Source of the DNA: Longimicrobiales bacterium | GTDB lineage: Bacteria > Gemmatimonadota > Gemmatimonadetes > Longimicrobiales > Gaopeijiaceae | Reading direction: 5' to 3' | Length of the DNA: 64,000 bases | Assembly (NCBI GenBank): GCA_965203485.1 | Contig: OZ241892.1 | Coordinates: 2,464,001 to 2,528,000, forward strand | Shown here: positions 34,252 to 44,587 of the stretch, piece after piece | How positions within the stretch are numbered: the first letter of the stretch is position 1 | How the letters are laid out: every line of letters starts with the position of its first letter | The notes under the pieces: generated by a model | Databases searched by the model: none | Told to the model about the DNA's origin: nothing | The model's input: only the letters and a program-made list of their open reading frames with translations | Translations under genes and position numbers: made by a program

Positions 34252-34764
34252 TCAGCTGGGCCGTCCCATCTCCATCCAGGCGCGCGTCACCAGCGTCGAC
34301 ACGTCCTGAAGCGCGAAGAGCGACGCCGAGTCCAGCTTGCGGCTGATGTCGGGACCGACGAGACGGCGCAGGAACCGCAACGGCTCGTCGAAGTCCGCGT
34401 CGAACAGCGCGTGCGGACCGCGGTTCAGGTTCTCCAGGATGCGCAGCGCCAGATAGGTGTCGTCCAGGAGGCCCGCCATGCCCTGGGTCATCTCGGGGAT
34501 GAGATCGGCGGGGTCCACGAAATAGCGGGCGGCCTGCTCCAACAGCGGCATCACGACCACCTTCAAGTGGCGCTCCTCCGCCGCCTGGGCCGCCCGGGCC
34601 AGCAGCACGGGCACCGTCTCGACGACTTCAATCGCCACGGACATCGCCTCGTCCACCTGCTCGTCGGTGGCCTTCGGCGCCATCTCGCGCACGAACGCCT
34701 CCAGTTGCCCGCTGTCGCGAGCCTTGGCGCTCTCTATCACCGCGCGCACGTCGTCCAGGTTCAC
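34252..34764 (-). CDS. DUF1232/YkvA-like protein
   Basis: YFVDPADLIPE..GMAGLLDD; GTGA overlap with upstream gene. Confidence 0.7.
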   Translation of the reverse strand: MNLDDVRAVIESAKARDSGQLEAFVREMAPKATDEQVDEAMSVAIEVVETVPVLLARAAQAAEERHLKVVVMPLLEQAARYFVDPADLIPEMTQGMAGLLDDTYLALRILENLNRGPHALFDADFDEPLRFLRRLVGPDISRKLDSASLFALQDVSTLVTRAWMEMGRPS

Positions 34765-36800
34765 CGGGCGCGTCCCGCCGTCTCCGCTCGGTTGCCCCGC
34801 CGTCCTCCGCCCGCGCGCAGGTACGCCACGACCCCGCCGCCGGTTCCTCCGGCGATCAAGTCCATGCGGCCGTCCCCGTCGATGTCCCCGAAGGCGGGAG
34901 CCGCGAAGCCGGCGACCGACGGTCCGAGCAGTCCGGCCTCGACAAACACCGGTTCCGGGCGCGAACCGTCGTTCAGGTAGACGTGCAATCCGCCCGCTTC
35001 CGCGCCGACAACCAAGTCCGCGTCGCCGTCCATGTCCACGTCGACGACGGCGGGCACGCTTCGCCGGCCGGGATCGATTTCCTGGAACTCGTCCGACACC
35101 AGCTGGAACGCTGGCCCGGCCGGGCCGCCGTCGTTGCGGTAGAAGTTGAGCGCGCCCGACGACTCGCCGACGAAGAGGTCCAGGTCGCCGTCGCCGTCCA
35201 CGTCGGCCAGCGCGGGCGTGGCGTTGCGCCCCCGGGTGAGGGTGACGATCGCCGAGTCGACGAGGGTGAGCGCGGGCATCGGCGTCCCGGTCCCGCGGCC
35301 GTCGTTGCGGTAGAAGGCGATGCGGTCGCGCCAGGAGCCCAGGAGCATGTCGAGGTCGCCGTCGCCGTCCAGGTCGCCGAACGAAGGGGCGTAGTGGTAG
35401 CCGGCGGGCAGTCCGGGGACGGCGCCGCGGGCGGCGAACGCCGGAGACGCGGGGCCGCCGGTGTTCTCGAAGAGGAAGAGGCGGCCGCTGCTGGCGTCGC
35501 CGGGCTCGATCTTGTTGGACAGGAGCAGGTCGAGGTCGCCGTCGCCGTCCAAGTCGGAGAGCGCGGGGTACGACTCGCTGCCGACGTCGAGCGTGCGGAT
35601 CAGCCGGGAGGTGGCGTGGTCGAAGCCGTCGCGGCGCTGCGTGAACAGGTGGAGGTTCTCGACCGTGGTGTTGTTCGGGTTGAAGGCGCCGCCCAGCACG
35701 CCCATGACCAAGTCCAGGTCGCCGTCCTGGTCGATGTCGCCCAGCGCGGGGGCGTTGTAGCCCGACGTGCTGACGGGATCGCCGGGCGGGAACGGGCGCG
35801 GCGCGCCGCGAAGCGACGGATGGGCGCAGGTGCCCGTGTTCTCGATGAAGAGAAGCCCTGCCTCGAAGAAGTCGCCCCAGTACAGGTCGGGATCGCCGTC
35901 GCCGTCCACGTCGCCCAGCGCCATCGTGTTGGCCCCGTGCCTGCTGCCGCCCTGGAGCGCCGCGACGATCTCGATGTCCTCGAAGGCGTCGGTTGCGTGC
36001 TCGAAGCGCGGAGCCCCCTGCCGGGGCGTGGTCCCGGCGGCCTCGTAGCGCGTGATGGTTCCCGTCAGGCGTCCGATGAGCAAGTCGACGCGGTCGTCGC
36101 AGTCGATGTCGGCGGCGTTGGGGATGTTCTGGCGGTCGGAGAAGATGGGCTCGCCGTCCACGTCGCGGAGCGTGTCGGCCGCGAGCACGAACGCCGAAGC
36201 CAGGGGGCCGCCGTCGTTGCGGTAGTAGCGGATGTAGCTGAAGGGAGATTCGGCCAGAAGGTCCAAGTCCCCGTCCAGGTCCAAGTCGGCGAGCCGAAAC
36301 CACTCGCCCACGGGGAGTTCGCCCAGCCAGTCGGTGACCCAGCGGTAGCGGGCTCCGCCGTCGGCGCCCGTGTTCTCGAAGTACATGACCCGGTTGGACG
36401 CCTCCTGGATGAAGAGGTCGGCGTCGCCGTCAGCGTCGGCGTCGGCCAGTTGCGGGCGCGGCACGTTGAAGCCGCCCAGGAATGGATGGTCCAGCGGGAC
36501 GCCGGCTTCGTCGACCACGGACACCTCGTAGGCGACGCGCCGCCATCCCGACTCGGCCGGCGAGGGGCCGGGGGCGGGCGACGAAGGGCCGCAACCGGAA
36601 CAGAGGACGACGGCCGCGGGCGCCAAGGATCCCGGCCGCAATCCGGGACGAAGGGGCCGTGGCCCGTTCGCCGCCGCAAGCGTCGCGGGCCGGGTGGACC
36701 TCGTTCGCCGGCTGCGCCGAAAGAGCCGCGCCCGAATCGTCGCCGCGACGGCGCCTGGCCGGCGCCGCGGCCGCGGGCGGGCGGGGGCCGTGGCCCGCAC
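34761..36800 (-). CDS. FG-GAP/VCBS repeat (Ca-binding beta-propeller) protein
   Basis: About ten DxDGDGDLDL...(F/Y)xNxG repeats; start uncertain. Confidence 0.85.
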   Translation of the reverse strand: MRATAPARPRPRRRPGAVAATIRARLFRRSRRTRSTRPATLAAANGPRPLRPGLRPGSLAPAAVVLCSGCGPSSPAPGPSPAESGWRRVAYEVSVVDEAGVPLDHPFLGGFNVPRPQLADADADGDADLFIQEASNRVMYFENTGADGGARYRWVTDWLGELPVGEWFRLADLDLDGDLDLLAESPFSYIRYYRNDGGPLASAFVLAADTLRDVDGEPIFSDRQNIPNAADIDCDDRVDLLIGRLTGTITRYEAAGTTPRQGAPRFEHATDAFEDIEIVAALQGGSRHGANTMALGDVDGDGDPDLYWGDFFEAGLLFIENTGTCAHPSLRGAPRPFPPGDPVSTSGYNAPALGDIDQDGDLDLVMGVLGGAFNPNNTTVENLHLFTQRRDGFDHATSRLIRTLDVGSESYPALSDLDGDGDLDLLLSNKIEPGDASSGRLFLFENTGGPASPAFAARGAVPGLPAGYHYAPSFGDLDGDGDLDMLLGSWRDRIAFYRNDGRGTGTPMPALTLVDSAIVTLTRGRNATPALADVDGDGDLDLFVGESSGALNFYRNDGGPAGPAFQLVSDEFQEIDPGRRSVPAVVDVDMDGDADLVVGAEAGGLHVYLNDGSRPEPVFVEAGLLGPSVAGFAAPAFGDIDGDGRMDLIAGGTGGGVVAYLRAGGGRRGNRAETAGRAR

Positions 36801-36804
36801 GAGA

Positions 36805-37959
36805 TCAGCGAGCCGGGCCGATGGAGATGCCCGCGGGATAGGCCCCTACTTCGATCGTCTGCACGACCTCCAGCGTGTTGGTGTCGATCTTGACCAGGGT
36901 GCCCACGTCGGAGTTGCGGACGACGGGGCGGCGCGGAACGTAGGCGCCCTTCAAGTTCCGGTTGGACACGAAGAGGTAGCGGCCGTCGGCCGTGACCGCG
37001 CTGCCGTGCGGCTCGACGATTCCCGGCGCGGCGATGCTGCCCTCGACCGTCCAGGTGTCCGCATCCACGACGACCACCGCGTCGTCGTCCTTCGCGCCGA
37101 AGTAGACGCGCGATCCGTCGGGCGAGAAGACCGGGTGCCACGGCTGCGTTCCCACGTCCAGCTCGTGGAGCAAGCGCGCGTTCTCGGCGTCGAACACGAG
37201 CAGCTTGCCGGTGAGCTGGGCGGTGGCCACGAGGCGGCTGCCGTCCGGCGACAGCGCGAACTGCACGAACGTGTGGGCGGGCCCCTCGACGTCGACCAGC
37301 TCCAGCTCGCCCGACCGGGCTTCCACGACCGCCATCCGGTTCTCGACGAGCGAAGCGGCGAAGATTCGGCCGCGGCCGCCGTCCACCACCAGCGCGTGGG
37401 GCCGCGGGAAGAACACGTCGATCTCCTCGATGCTCATCCGGCGCCGGTCGACGGCCCCGATCCGCTGCGGCGGACTGACCGCCATCATGGACCGGCCCAC
37501 GTAGAGCAAGTCGGACGCCGGATCGACGGCCAGCAACCCTGGCGTTTCGAAGGGCACGCGGCCGGCCGGCTCGTTGTCCGACGTGAAGCGCAGGACGTGC
37601 CCGCCTCCGATCAGCGACACGTACCAATGGCTGCCGTCGGGCTCCACCGCCGTGTGGTGCGGCCGCGAATTGGCGTCGAACCCCAGATCGGCCAATTCCA
37701 CCGTCTGCAGGACGGCGCCCGACTCCACGTCCACGACCGAGACGCTCGCGCCCGCCTGGTTCGCCACGTAGACGCGCTCGGCCGCCCCTTGCTGCACCGC
37801 CATGGCCTCGCCCGGCCAGCCCGCCGCGACGCCGAACGCCGCAAGCAACCCCGCGACCGACCGCGACGCGCCACCGGCCGCCCTGGCCGCCCGTCCCGGC
37901 TGCCGCCGGCCGCCGCCGCGACGCCGGAGTCGGATCGACTTCCCCGCCCGTCCCGTCAT
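36805..37959 (-). CDS. YncE/YVTN beta-propeller protein
   Basis: VYVANQ, SPDGSR repeats, VGAYPAGI; His-rich blade loops (PHH, PHA, PWH, PHG). Confidence 0.8.
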   Translation of the reverse strand: MTGRAGKSIRLRRRGGGRRQPGRAARAAGGASRSVAGLLAAFGVAAGWPGEAMAVQQGAAERVYVANQAGASVSVVDVESGAVLQTVELADLGFDANSRPHHTAVEPDGSHWYVSLIGGGHVLRFTSDNEPAGRVPFETPGLLAVDPASDLLYVGRSMMAVSPPQRIGAVDRRRMSIEEIDVFFPRPHALVVDGGRGRIFAASLVENRMAVVEARSGELELVDVEGPAHTFVQFALSPDGSRLVATAQLTGKLLVFDAENARLLHELDVGTQPWHPVFSPDGSRVYFGAKDDDAVVVVDADTWTVEGSIAAPGIVEPHGSAVTADGRYLFVSNRNLKGAYVPRRPVVRNSDVGTLVKIDTNTLEVVQTIEVGAYPAGISIGPAR

Positions 37960-39770
37960 TTCGCCTTGCCCAGGTCTTCGGCCAGAGCCTGGCGGGCTTG
38001 GCCCACCAGATGCGCCACCTTGTTCGCCTGCCGCTGCAGCTCGGAGAGCACGAAGGGCATGCGTTCCGGATCGGATTCCTCCATGGCGGGCACCTCCAAG
38101 GCGCTGGCAAGCTTCGGCAACGGCCGCAACGGCAACGCCGGATCGTGCTCGAACCGGTCGCCCAAGGAGTAGTTCAGGGGCACGAGCGCGCGGCCCAGCC
38201 GCAACAGCGCCGCATTGATGCGAGCCGGATCGCCAGCGCCCTTCCTGATCCGCTGGTACAGCGCGTCGATCCGCTGGACGATCGCGTTGAACTCCATCCG
38301 CAACGGCTTGAGGTTGAGCCGCTTGCCCAAGGCCGCCTCGTACTCTGCGAGCGCCTCGTCCAGCTCCTTTGCGGTCTCGCGAAAGTCCAGCGGCAAGACC
38401 TCGTCGGTGAGGAAGCGCCCGATCGCATGGGAGTACACCTTGAGGTCGCGCACCAAGTTGTCGCGGTCGGCTACGTTGATGCGGTCCTTTTCGGTGTGCC
38501 ATGCGATGTTGCCGCCGCATCCGCCCACCGGGTAGAAGCCCAGCCGGGCCCGCTCGTCCGCCGGAATGTTCGAGAGCAGCATGAAGAACGACGACAGCCC
38601 CAGCTGGTTGAACGAGTAGTCGCCCGCCCGGGACGGCCTTCGGCGGACCGGGTTCTTCTTCGTGACGGCCTTGATCGCGCTCTTGCAGACGGCGCCCGTT
38701 TCCGCCATCCACGCCACTTCGTCGTACTCGGTCGCCCGCCAGCAACCCGGCGAATCCACGTTGACGGTCGCCACGCAGTAGCGCGACAGGTCGATCGCGA
38801 AGCGGTCCGCGAACCACGCCGATCCGCCGTAGCGGCCCGTCGAATGGCCGGGCCACCAGGCCACCTTGAGCGAGCGGCGGAGAAGCGCCCTGTTCTCGTG
38901 GAACACCCGCGCCAGCTCCAGCAGCGTCGCGTCGCCCACGGCGTTGTCGCCGATGCCCACGTCCCACGAGTCGTAGTGGCCGTGCGCGAGGACGTATTCC
39001 TCCTCCTGTCCGTGGACGTGCGCGACCGGAAGAAGGCACGGATACCAGGCCTCGTCGAGCCTCGCGTGCACGGTCACGCTCTCAAGGCCGTCGCCCAAGG
39101 CCGCGAGAAGAGCGTCGCCGTCGGGACGGTTGATCGCCGCGATCGCCGTCTTCGGCAGGTCCGCGCGCTGGGAGTCCCCGGGCGTGCCCCAAACGGTCGT
39201 GCAGGCGCCCCAGTGGACCCGGCTGCCGGGATTGACGTACACCTGGGCGAGCGCTCCCGCCTGTTCGAGCCGAGCGACCGACGACGACGACGGAAAGCCC
39301 TCCACCACCGCGATCTTGCCGACCAAGTCGGGGAGCTGCTCGGGGCCCTCCTCGTCGACGGGGCCGGCTGCTCCCTCGGCGGCGGCGGCCGGCACGTGGA
39401 CCGCGGGCGCCGACACGCCCTCCTGGGGCGTGGATCGCGAAAACGAGGGCGGCTTGGCCTCGAAGCGGAGATCGCCCGCCTCCACGGCGCCCTCGCGCGG
39501 AATCGACAGATAGAGTTCCGGCTCGTGGACCTCGTGCGGGATGCCCAGCGTCTCCAGGCGCGAGGCGATGAAGCGCGCCGCCGTCCGCTCGTCGAGGGAG
39601 CCCGATTCGCGGACGAGGATCGAGAAGCGCTCGATCAGGCTCCAGCCGAGATCGAAGGACGCCGCGGCCTCGAACGCCTCGATGGGGCTCTGTTCTTCCG
39701 CTCCCGTCTTCTCGGCTTCGGCCTTGGCCTTGGCTTTGGCCCTTGGCGCGACGGCGTTGGCCTTAGCCAC
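37956..39770 (-). CDS. M28 family peptidase
   Basis: HGHYDSW, GDNAVG, WPGHSTGRYGGS, WHTEKD. Confidence 0.8.
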   Translation of the reverse strand: MAKANAVAPRAKAKAKAEAEKTGAEEQSPIEAFEAAASFDLGWSLIERFSILVRESGSLDERTAARFIASRLETLGIPHEVHEPELYLSIPREGAVEAGDLRFEAKPPSFSRSTPQEGVSAPAVHVPAAAAEGAAGPVDEEGPEQLPDLVGKIAVVEGFPSSSSVARLEQAGALAQVYVNPGSRVHWGACTTVWGTPGDSQRADLPKTAIAAINRPDGDALLAALGDGLESVTVHARLDEAWYPCLLPVAHVHGQEEEYVLAHGHYDSWDVGIGDNAVGDATLLELARVFHENRALLRRSLKVAWWPGHSTGRYGGSAWFADRFAIDLSRYCVATVNVDSPGCWRATEYDEVAWMAETGAVCKSAIKAVTKKNPVRRRPSRAGDYSFNQLGLSSFFMLLSNIPADERARLGFYPVGGCGGNIAWHTEKDRINVADRDNLVRDLKVYSHAIGRFLTDEVLPLDFRETAKELDEALAEYEAALGKRLNLKPLRMEFNAIVQRIDALYQRIRKGAGDPARINAALLRLGRALVPLNYSLGDRFEHDPALPLRPLPKLASALEVPAMEESDPERMPFVLSELQRQANKVAHLVGQARQALAEDLGKAK

Positions 39771-39893
39771 GGGTTGCCGGCCTCGAACGCGGCGCCCGCG
39801 TCGTCCGTCTTGCCGCCGTCAGCGTCCTTCCACCCTGCCGCCGGGCGCGACGGCGGACCTCGCGGCCCAACTCCCTTGTCCGCCCTCGGGGCG

Positions 39894-40496
39894 TCATGGT
39901 CTCCCGCCCAGTTCCGAAATGTGGTACTGGACGACCTTCCAGGCGCCGTCCGCGCGCACGCGCGTGTCGGAGTAGCGCCACGTGCCGCCGATTGCGCCGG
40001 CCCCGCCGGGCAGGTTGATCGCCCCCTCGAGGTAGGCGACCGTCACGGCGGCCCCATCGTGAACGCGCACGTCCACGTCGCGGATGGAAACATCCGCCGT
40101 CAGGCCCGCTTCGAACGCCATGCGCAGGGCCGCTGCGTCGAAGCCGCGGGCCAGCGGCGCACCGTCCAAGAAGAATCCACGGACGTCCGCGTGGTACTGA
40201 GCCGCGAAGGCGTCGAAGTCCCCCGCCGACCAAGCCGCGACGGTGGCTTCAAGGGCCGCGCGCACTTCGGCTTCGGCGTCCTGCGCGCCCAGTGCGCCAG
40301 CGGACGGCGCGGACGGAACGTTGGGCGGCGTCCACTCCGGCGCGGGCGCATCGAACGGCGGTCCATCGCCTCGGACGCGATCTTCGTCGGCGGCGCTCGC
40401 CCAGGTCGCGGCCAAGCCGACCGCCGGAAGCGTCATCGTCAGGATCGCCCCGACGGTTCGCCTGCGGACTCGAAGTCCTGCTCCAGAACCAACCAC
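39894..40496 (-). CDS. Secreted NTF2-like/DUF4440 protein
   Basis: AGGAGAGGG RBS; AWSAGDFDAF...WKVVQYHIS. Confidence 0.7.
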   Translation of the reverse strand: MVGSGAGLRVRRRTVGAILTMTLPAVGLAATWASAADEDRVRGDGPPFDAPAPEWTPPNVPSAPSAGALGAQDAEAEVRAALEATVAAWSAGDFDAFAAQYHADVRGFFLDGAPLARGFDAAALRMAFEAGLTADVSIRDVDVRVHDGAAVTVAYLEGAINLPGGAGAIGGTWRYSDTRVRADGAWKVVQYHISELGGRP

Positions 40497-40759
40497 GTTC
40501 CCTCTCCTTTTTCGCGTCTGTGTCGTGTCGCGGCTCCGTCGGCGCCCCCGGGTGCGAGGGGCGCTGCAGGCTCTGGAGCGTCGCTCCGGCCGTCGCAGTT
40601 CCATAAGATAAGCTTGCGGTGCAACTGCGACCGTTCGCCTGCGGGCCACGCGGCCAACCCAGCGGCCCGCGACCGTTCCGGCCGACGGGGAGCGATCGTC
40701 CGGCAATCGCTGCGGGACAACGCTCCGAGCCGCGCCGCGACGGCCCCTTGCTCCGCCGG

Positions 40760-43000
40760 ATGCCGGAGAACCGCTTGGCCCAGACTCGTCCCGACTCGCC
40801 GCGCGCCGCCCCGGGTCGCCGGAGCGCGCCACCCCGAGGCGGGCTACGGCCGAGCCATTGGACGCCGGCCGCGGCTTCCATGGTTGTCGCCGTGGCGCTG
40901 GTAGGCGGGGTTGCGTTCCTGGTCGACTTGGCCCCGCGCGTGGAGGCCGACTTCTTCTTTGCGCCGGACGATCCGCAACTTCGCGCCTCGCGGGCGCTGG
41001 CCGAGCGGTATCCGGCGGGTGAAACGCTGATCGTCCGAGCCGAGGCGCCCGACATCGACGCGCCCGGATACGTGGCGCGCGTGGAAGCGCTTGGAGTTGC
41101 GCTGGATTCGCTGCCCGGGGTCGAGAGCGTGTTCTCGGTCGCCAGCGAGAACCGGTCGAGTCCCCTTTGGGGCCGGATCCTGACGCCGCCCGGCGGCCGC
41201 GCGACCAACGTCGTGGCACAACTCGGGCAACACGACGCGGAAGCGTTGGCGGACCGGGTCCGGACCGTGCTCGACGCGCATCGGGGGGCGGACTTCGCGC
41301 TGGCCGCTTCCGGCGTGCCCTTGATCGTGCAGCTGATCCGCCAGGGCTTGGCGCGCGACCTTGCCGTGTTCAGCACGGTCGCCTTCCTGGCGTTCGGGCT
41401 CGTCGCCGGGCTGGTCTACCGAGACCCGCGGGTCGTCGCCGGCACGCTCCTCGCCTGCGTCTCGGCCAGCGCGGCCACGCTGTTGGCAACGGCGGCGGCC
41501 GGCATCGGCGTCGGGCTGCTGACGGCCAACGTCGCCACCATCGTGTTCGTGCTGACCTTGTCGCACACGGTCTTCTTGGCGGCGAACTGGACCGAGGCGC
41601 CGCAACGAGGCGGCGCCCGCCGAAGTCGCGCGGCCGCCGCCGTCGCGCGCACTGCCGCTCCGTCGGCTTGGTGCATGGTCACGACGGCGCTCGGGTTCTC
41701 CAGCTTGCTGCTCGCTCCGGCGCGCCCGCTTCGCGAACTCGGCGCGGCGGGCGCCATCGGGACCGCCATGGCGTTCGCCTGCGCATTCACGATTCTGCCG
41801 GCGTGGCTGGCGGGCGCGCGTGTCCGCTCCTCGGCCGCCGGTCGGCAACTTGCGGCCGCCCGCCTGCCTGCATTCGGCGCGCGCGGACTGGTCCTGCTCG
41901 CGCTCGTGGTCGGCGGAGCGGGCGCGGGCGTTCTTCGTCTGAACACCGATCCCCCCCTGCTCAGCTACTTCGATCCTTCGGGGCCGATACGCCCCGGCCT
42001 GGAGGCGATCGACCGCGAGGGCGGCAGCAGTCCGTTGCTCTTCGCCGTCGGCGGCGCGGACGGCGAGCGCCTGGACAACATGTCCGCCTACGCGCGGCTG
42101 TGGGAGCTGCAGGATTCCCTCGAGGCCGACCCTGCCACCGGCATCGTGCTGTCTCCGGCGCCGTTGCTGGCCCATGCGCGCGAGCTGCCGCTGGCCCGCT
42201 TCCTTCCCGTGTCGCTCTTGCTCGGAATGCTGGAACGCCCCGAGACGGGCGACATCGCCCGCGGCTACTTCCGCGAGGACCGCCGCGAAGTCCTCTACTC
42301 GGTCCGCATGGTCGAGGCGGACAGGACCGAGAACCGCGACACGACGATCGCCCGGCTCGCGGCCCACGCCAACGCCGCCGGCCTCCGGGTCAACGCGACC
42401 GCGGGTCTCTTCGAACTGCAGCGCCACCTTGGCGAACTGATCGCCACGAGCCTCAAGACGGGCATCGGCGGTCTGCTGGGGCTGTTTCTTTTCGTCGGGC
42501 TGGGCGTCGCCCGGAGCGTTCGTGGAGCCGCCGCGATGCTCGTCTGTCTCCTAGCCATCCCGGCCATGGTGCTCGGCGTCTTCGGCCACCTGGGCGTGGC
42601 CGTGGACATCGTCGCGTCCCCCGCCGCGAACGTCGCGCTCGCCATGGGCGTGGACTCGATGATCCACGTCGCGATGCGGGCGCGCCGTGCCCACCCAACT
42701 CCGCCGTCGGCCTCCCGGCGCATCCGTTCGCAACGAGACGGCGGCGTAGACCACGACCGCCCCCGCACCGAAGGCGCGCACGCTTGGACCGACGCCGCCT
42801 CCGCTCTAGCCAAGCCAGTCGCCGCCGCCTGCGCCATCGTCTGCGTCGGCTTCGGCATCTTCGTCCTCTCGGACTTCCCGCCCACCCGCCGCTTCGGGCT
42901 GGCGGTCGTGCTCGGCACGGCGACCGCGTGCTTCGTTGCGCTGTTCGCGTTGCCAACCCTCGTGGAACGCCGCAACGGCCCCGGCCGCGCACGCGGTTAA
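40760..43000 (+). CDS. MMPL/RND family transporter
   Basis: Two TM bundles with periplasmic loops; TTALGFSSL, GVDSMIH, FPPTRRFG; start uncertain. Confidence 0.8.
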   Translation: MPENRLAQTRPDSPRAAPGRRSAPPRGGLRPSHWTPAAASMVVAVALVGGVAFLVDLAPRVEADFFFAPDDPQLRASRALAERYPAGETLIVRAEAPDIDAPGYVARVEALGVALDSLPGVESVFSVASENRSSPLWGRILTPPGGRATNVVAQLGQHDAEALADRVRTVLDAHRGADFALAASGVPLIVQLIRQGLARDLAVFSTVAFLAFGLVAGLVYRDPRVVAGTLLACVSASAATLLATAAAGIGVGLLTANVATIVFVLTLSHTVFLAANWTEAPQRGGARRSRAAAAVARTAAPSAWCMVTTALGFSSLLLAPARPLRELGAAGAIGTAMAFACAFTILPAWLAGARVRSSAAGRQLAAARLPAFGARGLVLLALVVGGAGAGVLRLNTDPPLLSYFDPSGPIRPGLEAIDREGGSSPLLFAVGGADGERLDNMSAYARLWELQDSLEADPATGIVLSPAPLLAHARELPLARFLPVSLLLGMLERPETGDIARGYFREDRREVLYSVRMVEADRTENRDTTIARLAAHANAAGLRVNATAGLFELQRHLGELIATSLKTGIGGLLGLFLFVGLGVARSVRGAAAMLVCLLAIPAMVLGVFGHLGVAVDIVASPAANVALAMGVDSMIHVAMRARRAHPTPPSASRRIRSQRDGGVDHDRPRTEGAHAWTDAASALAKPVAAACAIVCVGFGIFVLSDFPPTRRFGLAVVLGTATACFVALFALPTLVERRNGPGRARG

Positions 43001-43151
43001 GGACAGGGCTCGGCCCGATGCGGACCGTCGGCGCCGCGACTATGCGCGGTTCCGCTCCGTCTTGTCGTCGAGCGACTTTGGGGACCGGATCCCGGTGCCG
43101 CCCAGCGACGGAACGGACGGACACGCCAGCCAGCGCCTTGGCCGACGCCGG

Positions 43152-43883
43152 CTAGAGCTTCAAGATGTTGTCCTCGCGCCGGTAGTTCTCGACCCCTTTG
43201 CCCATCCAACGCGAGGAGAGGACGATCATGCAGGCCGCGAACAGGATGCCGAGCGCCAGGCAGACGGCGATCCCCAGCGGGGACGCAACCCAAGCGGCGA
43301 TCGCCGCGATCCGTTCCGCGTCGAAGTAGGGCGCGAGGGCAGGTCCGACGATCCGGTCGCCGACGAAGGCCACGACGAAGGACGCGACGAAGAACAACGC
43401 AATGAGTTTTTCTGCGCGAAACCGCAGACACGTCGCCGAGGCCAGCGACGCCAACACCCAGCTGACGCCGCACAAGGCTGTCAAGGCGACGGCGAAGCCC
43501 CCGGCGCCCCACCACTCGAGAGAGGCGAACGGCGCCCACAGGTAGGGGGCGGTCACCAGAACGGCGAACACCGCCAGCGCCGCCAGCGCCGCCACCCGCG
43601 ACGCGCCGTGGACGTCGGCGGTCACGGGCAGGGACTTGAGAAACTCGAGATCGCCCGAGTAGCGGTCCTTCAGGGCGTTCGAGTATCCGAAAGCAGCCGG
43701 TCCCACGAGCGCCGCCGCGATCGCGGCGGCCGACGACGACACGTCCTCCATTATCGCGGTGAGCGCCAGCGGCATCACGATGCCCATGAGGGCGATGCCC
43801 GTGAACGATCTCGCGTGGCGCCGAAGCTCCATCGCTACGAGCCGCCGCAACGCGAGTCTACTGTTCCGCTTGCAGTATCTCAT
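43152..43883 (-). CDS. ABC-2 type exporter permease
   Basis: About six TM helices; FLKSLPVT motif; directly downstream of the ABC ATPase; start uncertain. Confidence 0.7.
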   Translation of the reverse strand: MRYCKRNSRLALRRLVAMELRRHARSFTGIALMGIVMPLALTAIMEDVSSSAAAIAAALVGPAAFGYSNALKDRYSGDLEFLKSLPVTADVHGASRVAALAALAVFAVLVTAPYLWAPFASLEWWGAGGFAVALTALCGVSWVLASLASATCLRFRAEKLIALFFVASFVVAFVGDRIVGPALAPYFDAERIAAIAAWVASPLGIAVCLALGILFAACMIVLSSRWMGKGVENYRREDNILKL

Positions 43884-44574
43884 ACAGAAGAGCATGGAGG
43901 GGTTGGGACGGATCCCGGCTTCTGATCTCGCTCACGGTGCGGTCCGCGACCAAGCGTCCGTTCTTGAGGAACAGCACGCGGTCGGCGATCCGCTCCACGT
44001 CTTCGAGAAGGTGGCTGGAAAACAGCACGAGGCGGTCCCCGCCGGCCGGCGCGCATTCGTCGACGACCTTGAGGAGCTCCCCGCGCATGAGCGGGTCGAT
44101 CGCGGACGTCGGTTCGTCCAGGAGTAGCAGCTTGGGACGGTGCGCCTCGGCCGCCACAAGCGAAAGCTTCACCTTCATGCCCTTGGAGAGCGTGCCCACC
44201 TTGACCCGGGGCGGCACCGCGAGTCGGTCGAGCAGCTCGAACGCGTGCTGTTCGTCCCACGTCGGGAAGAAGTCGGCTAGGAAGCGCAGATGGCCGGCCA
44301 CCGTCATCCATTCGAGCGCCAAGAGGCTCTCCGGCAGGAAGCCGACCGACGCGCGCACACCCGGCATCAACTCGCGGACATCCCGGCCGTCAATGTCGAT
44401 TCGGCCGTCGTAGTGGGACATCTGGCCGGCGACGGCTTTCAAGGTCGTGCTCTTTCCGGCGCCGTTCGCGCCCACGACCGCGATCCGCTCCCCGGCCGAG
44501 AACGCGACGTCCAGGGGGCCGAGCGTGAAGGCGGGATAGCGAACTCCGAATCGCTTGAGCGCTACCGACGGCAT
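43858..44574 (-). CDS. ABC transporter ATP-binding protein
   Basis: GANGAGKST, LSKGM, LLLDEPT, SSHLL. Confidence 0.92.
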   Translation of the reverse strand: MPSVALKRFGVRYPAFTLGPLDVAFSAGERIAVVGANGAGKSTTLKAVAGQMSHYDGRIDIDGRDVRELMPGVRASVGFLPESLLALEWMTVAGHLRFLADFFPTWDEQHAFELLDRLAVPPRVKVGTLSKGMKVKLSLVAAEAHRPKLLLLDEPTSAIDPLMRGELLKVVDECAPAGGDRLVLFSSHLLEDVERIADRVLFLKNGRLVADRTVSEIRSRDPSQPLHALLYEILQAEQ

Positions 44575-44587
44575 CCGGTTCTCCGGG

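Noticed and set aside
34800..36450. Recurrent AGGTCGCCGTCGCCGTCCA DNA repeats
   Set aside because: Explained by the coding FG-GAP (DxDGDGDLD) repeats.
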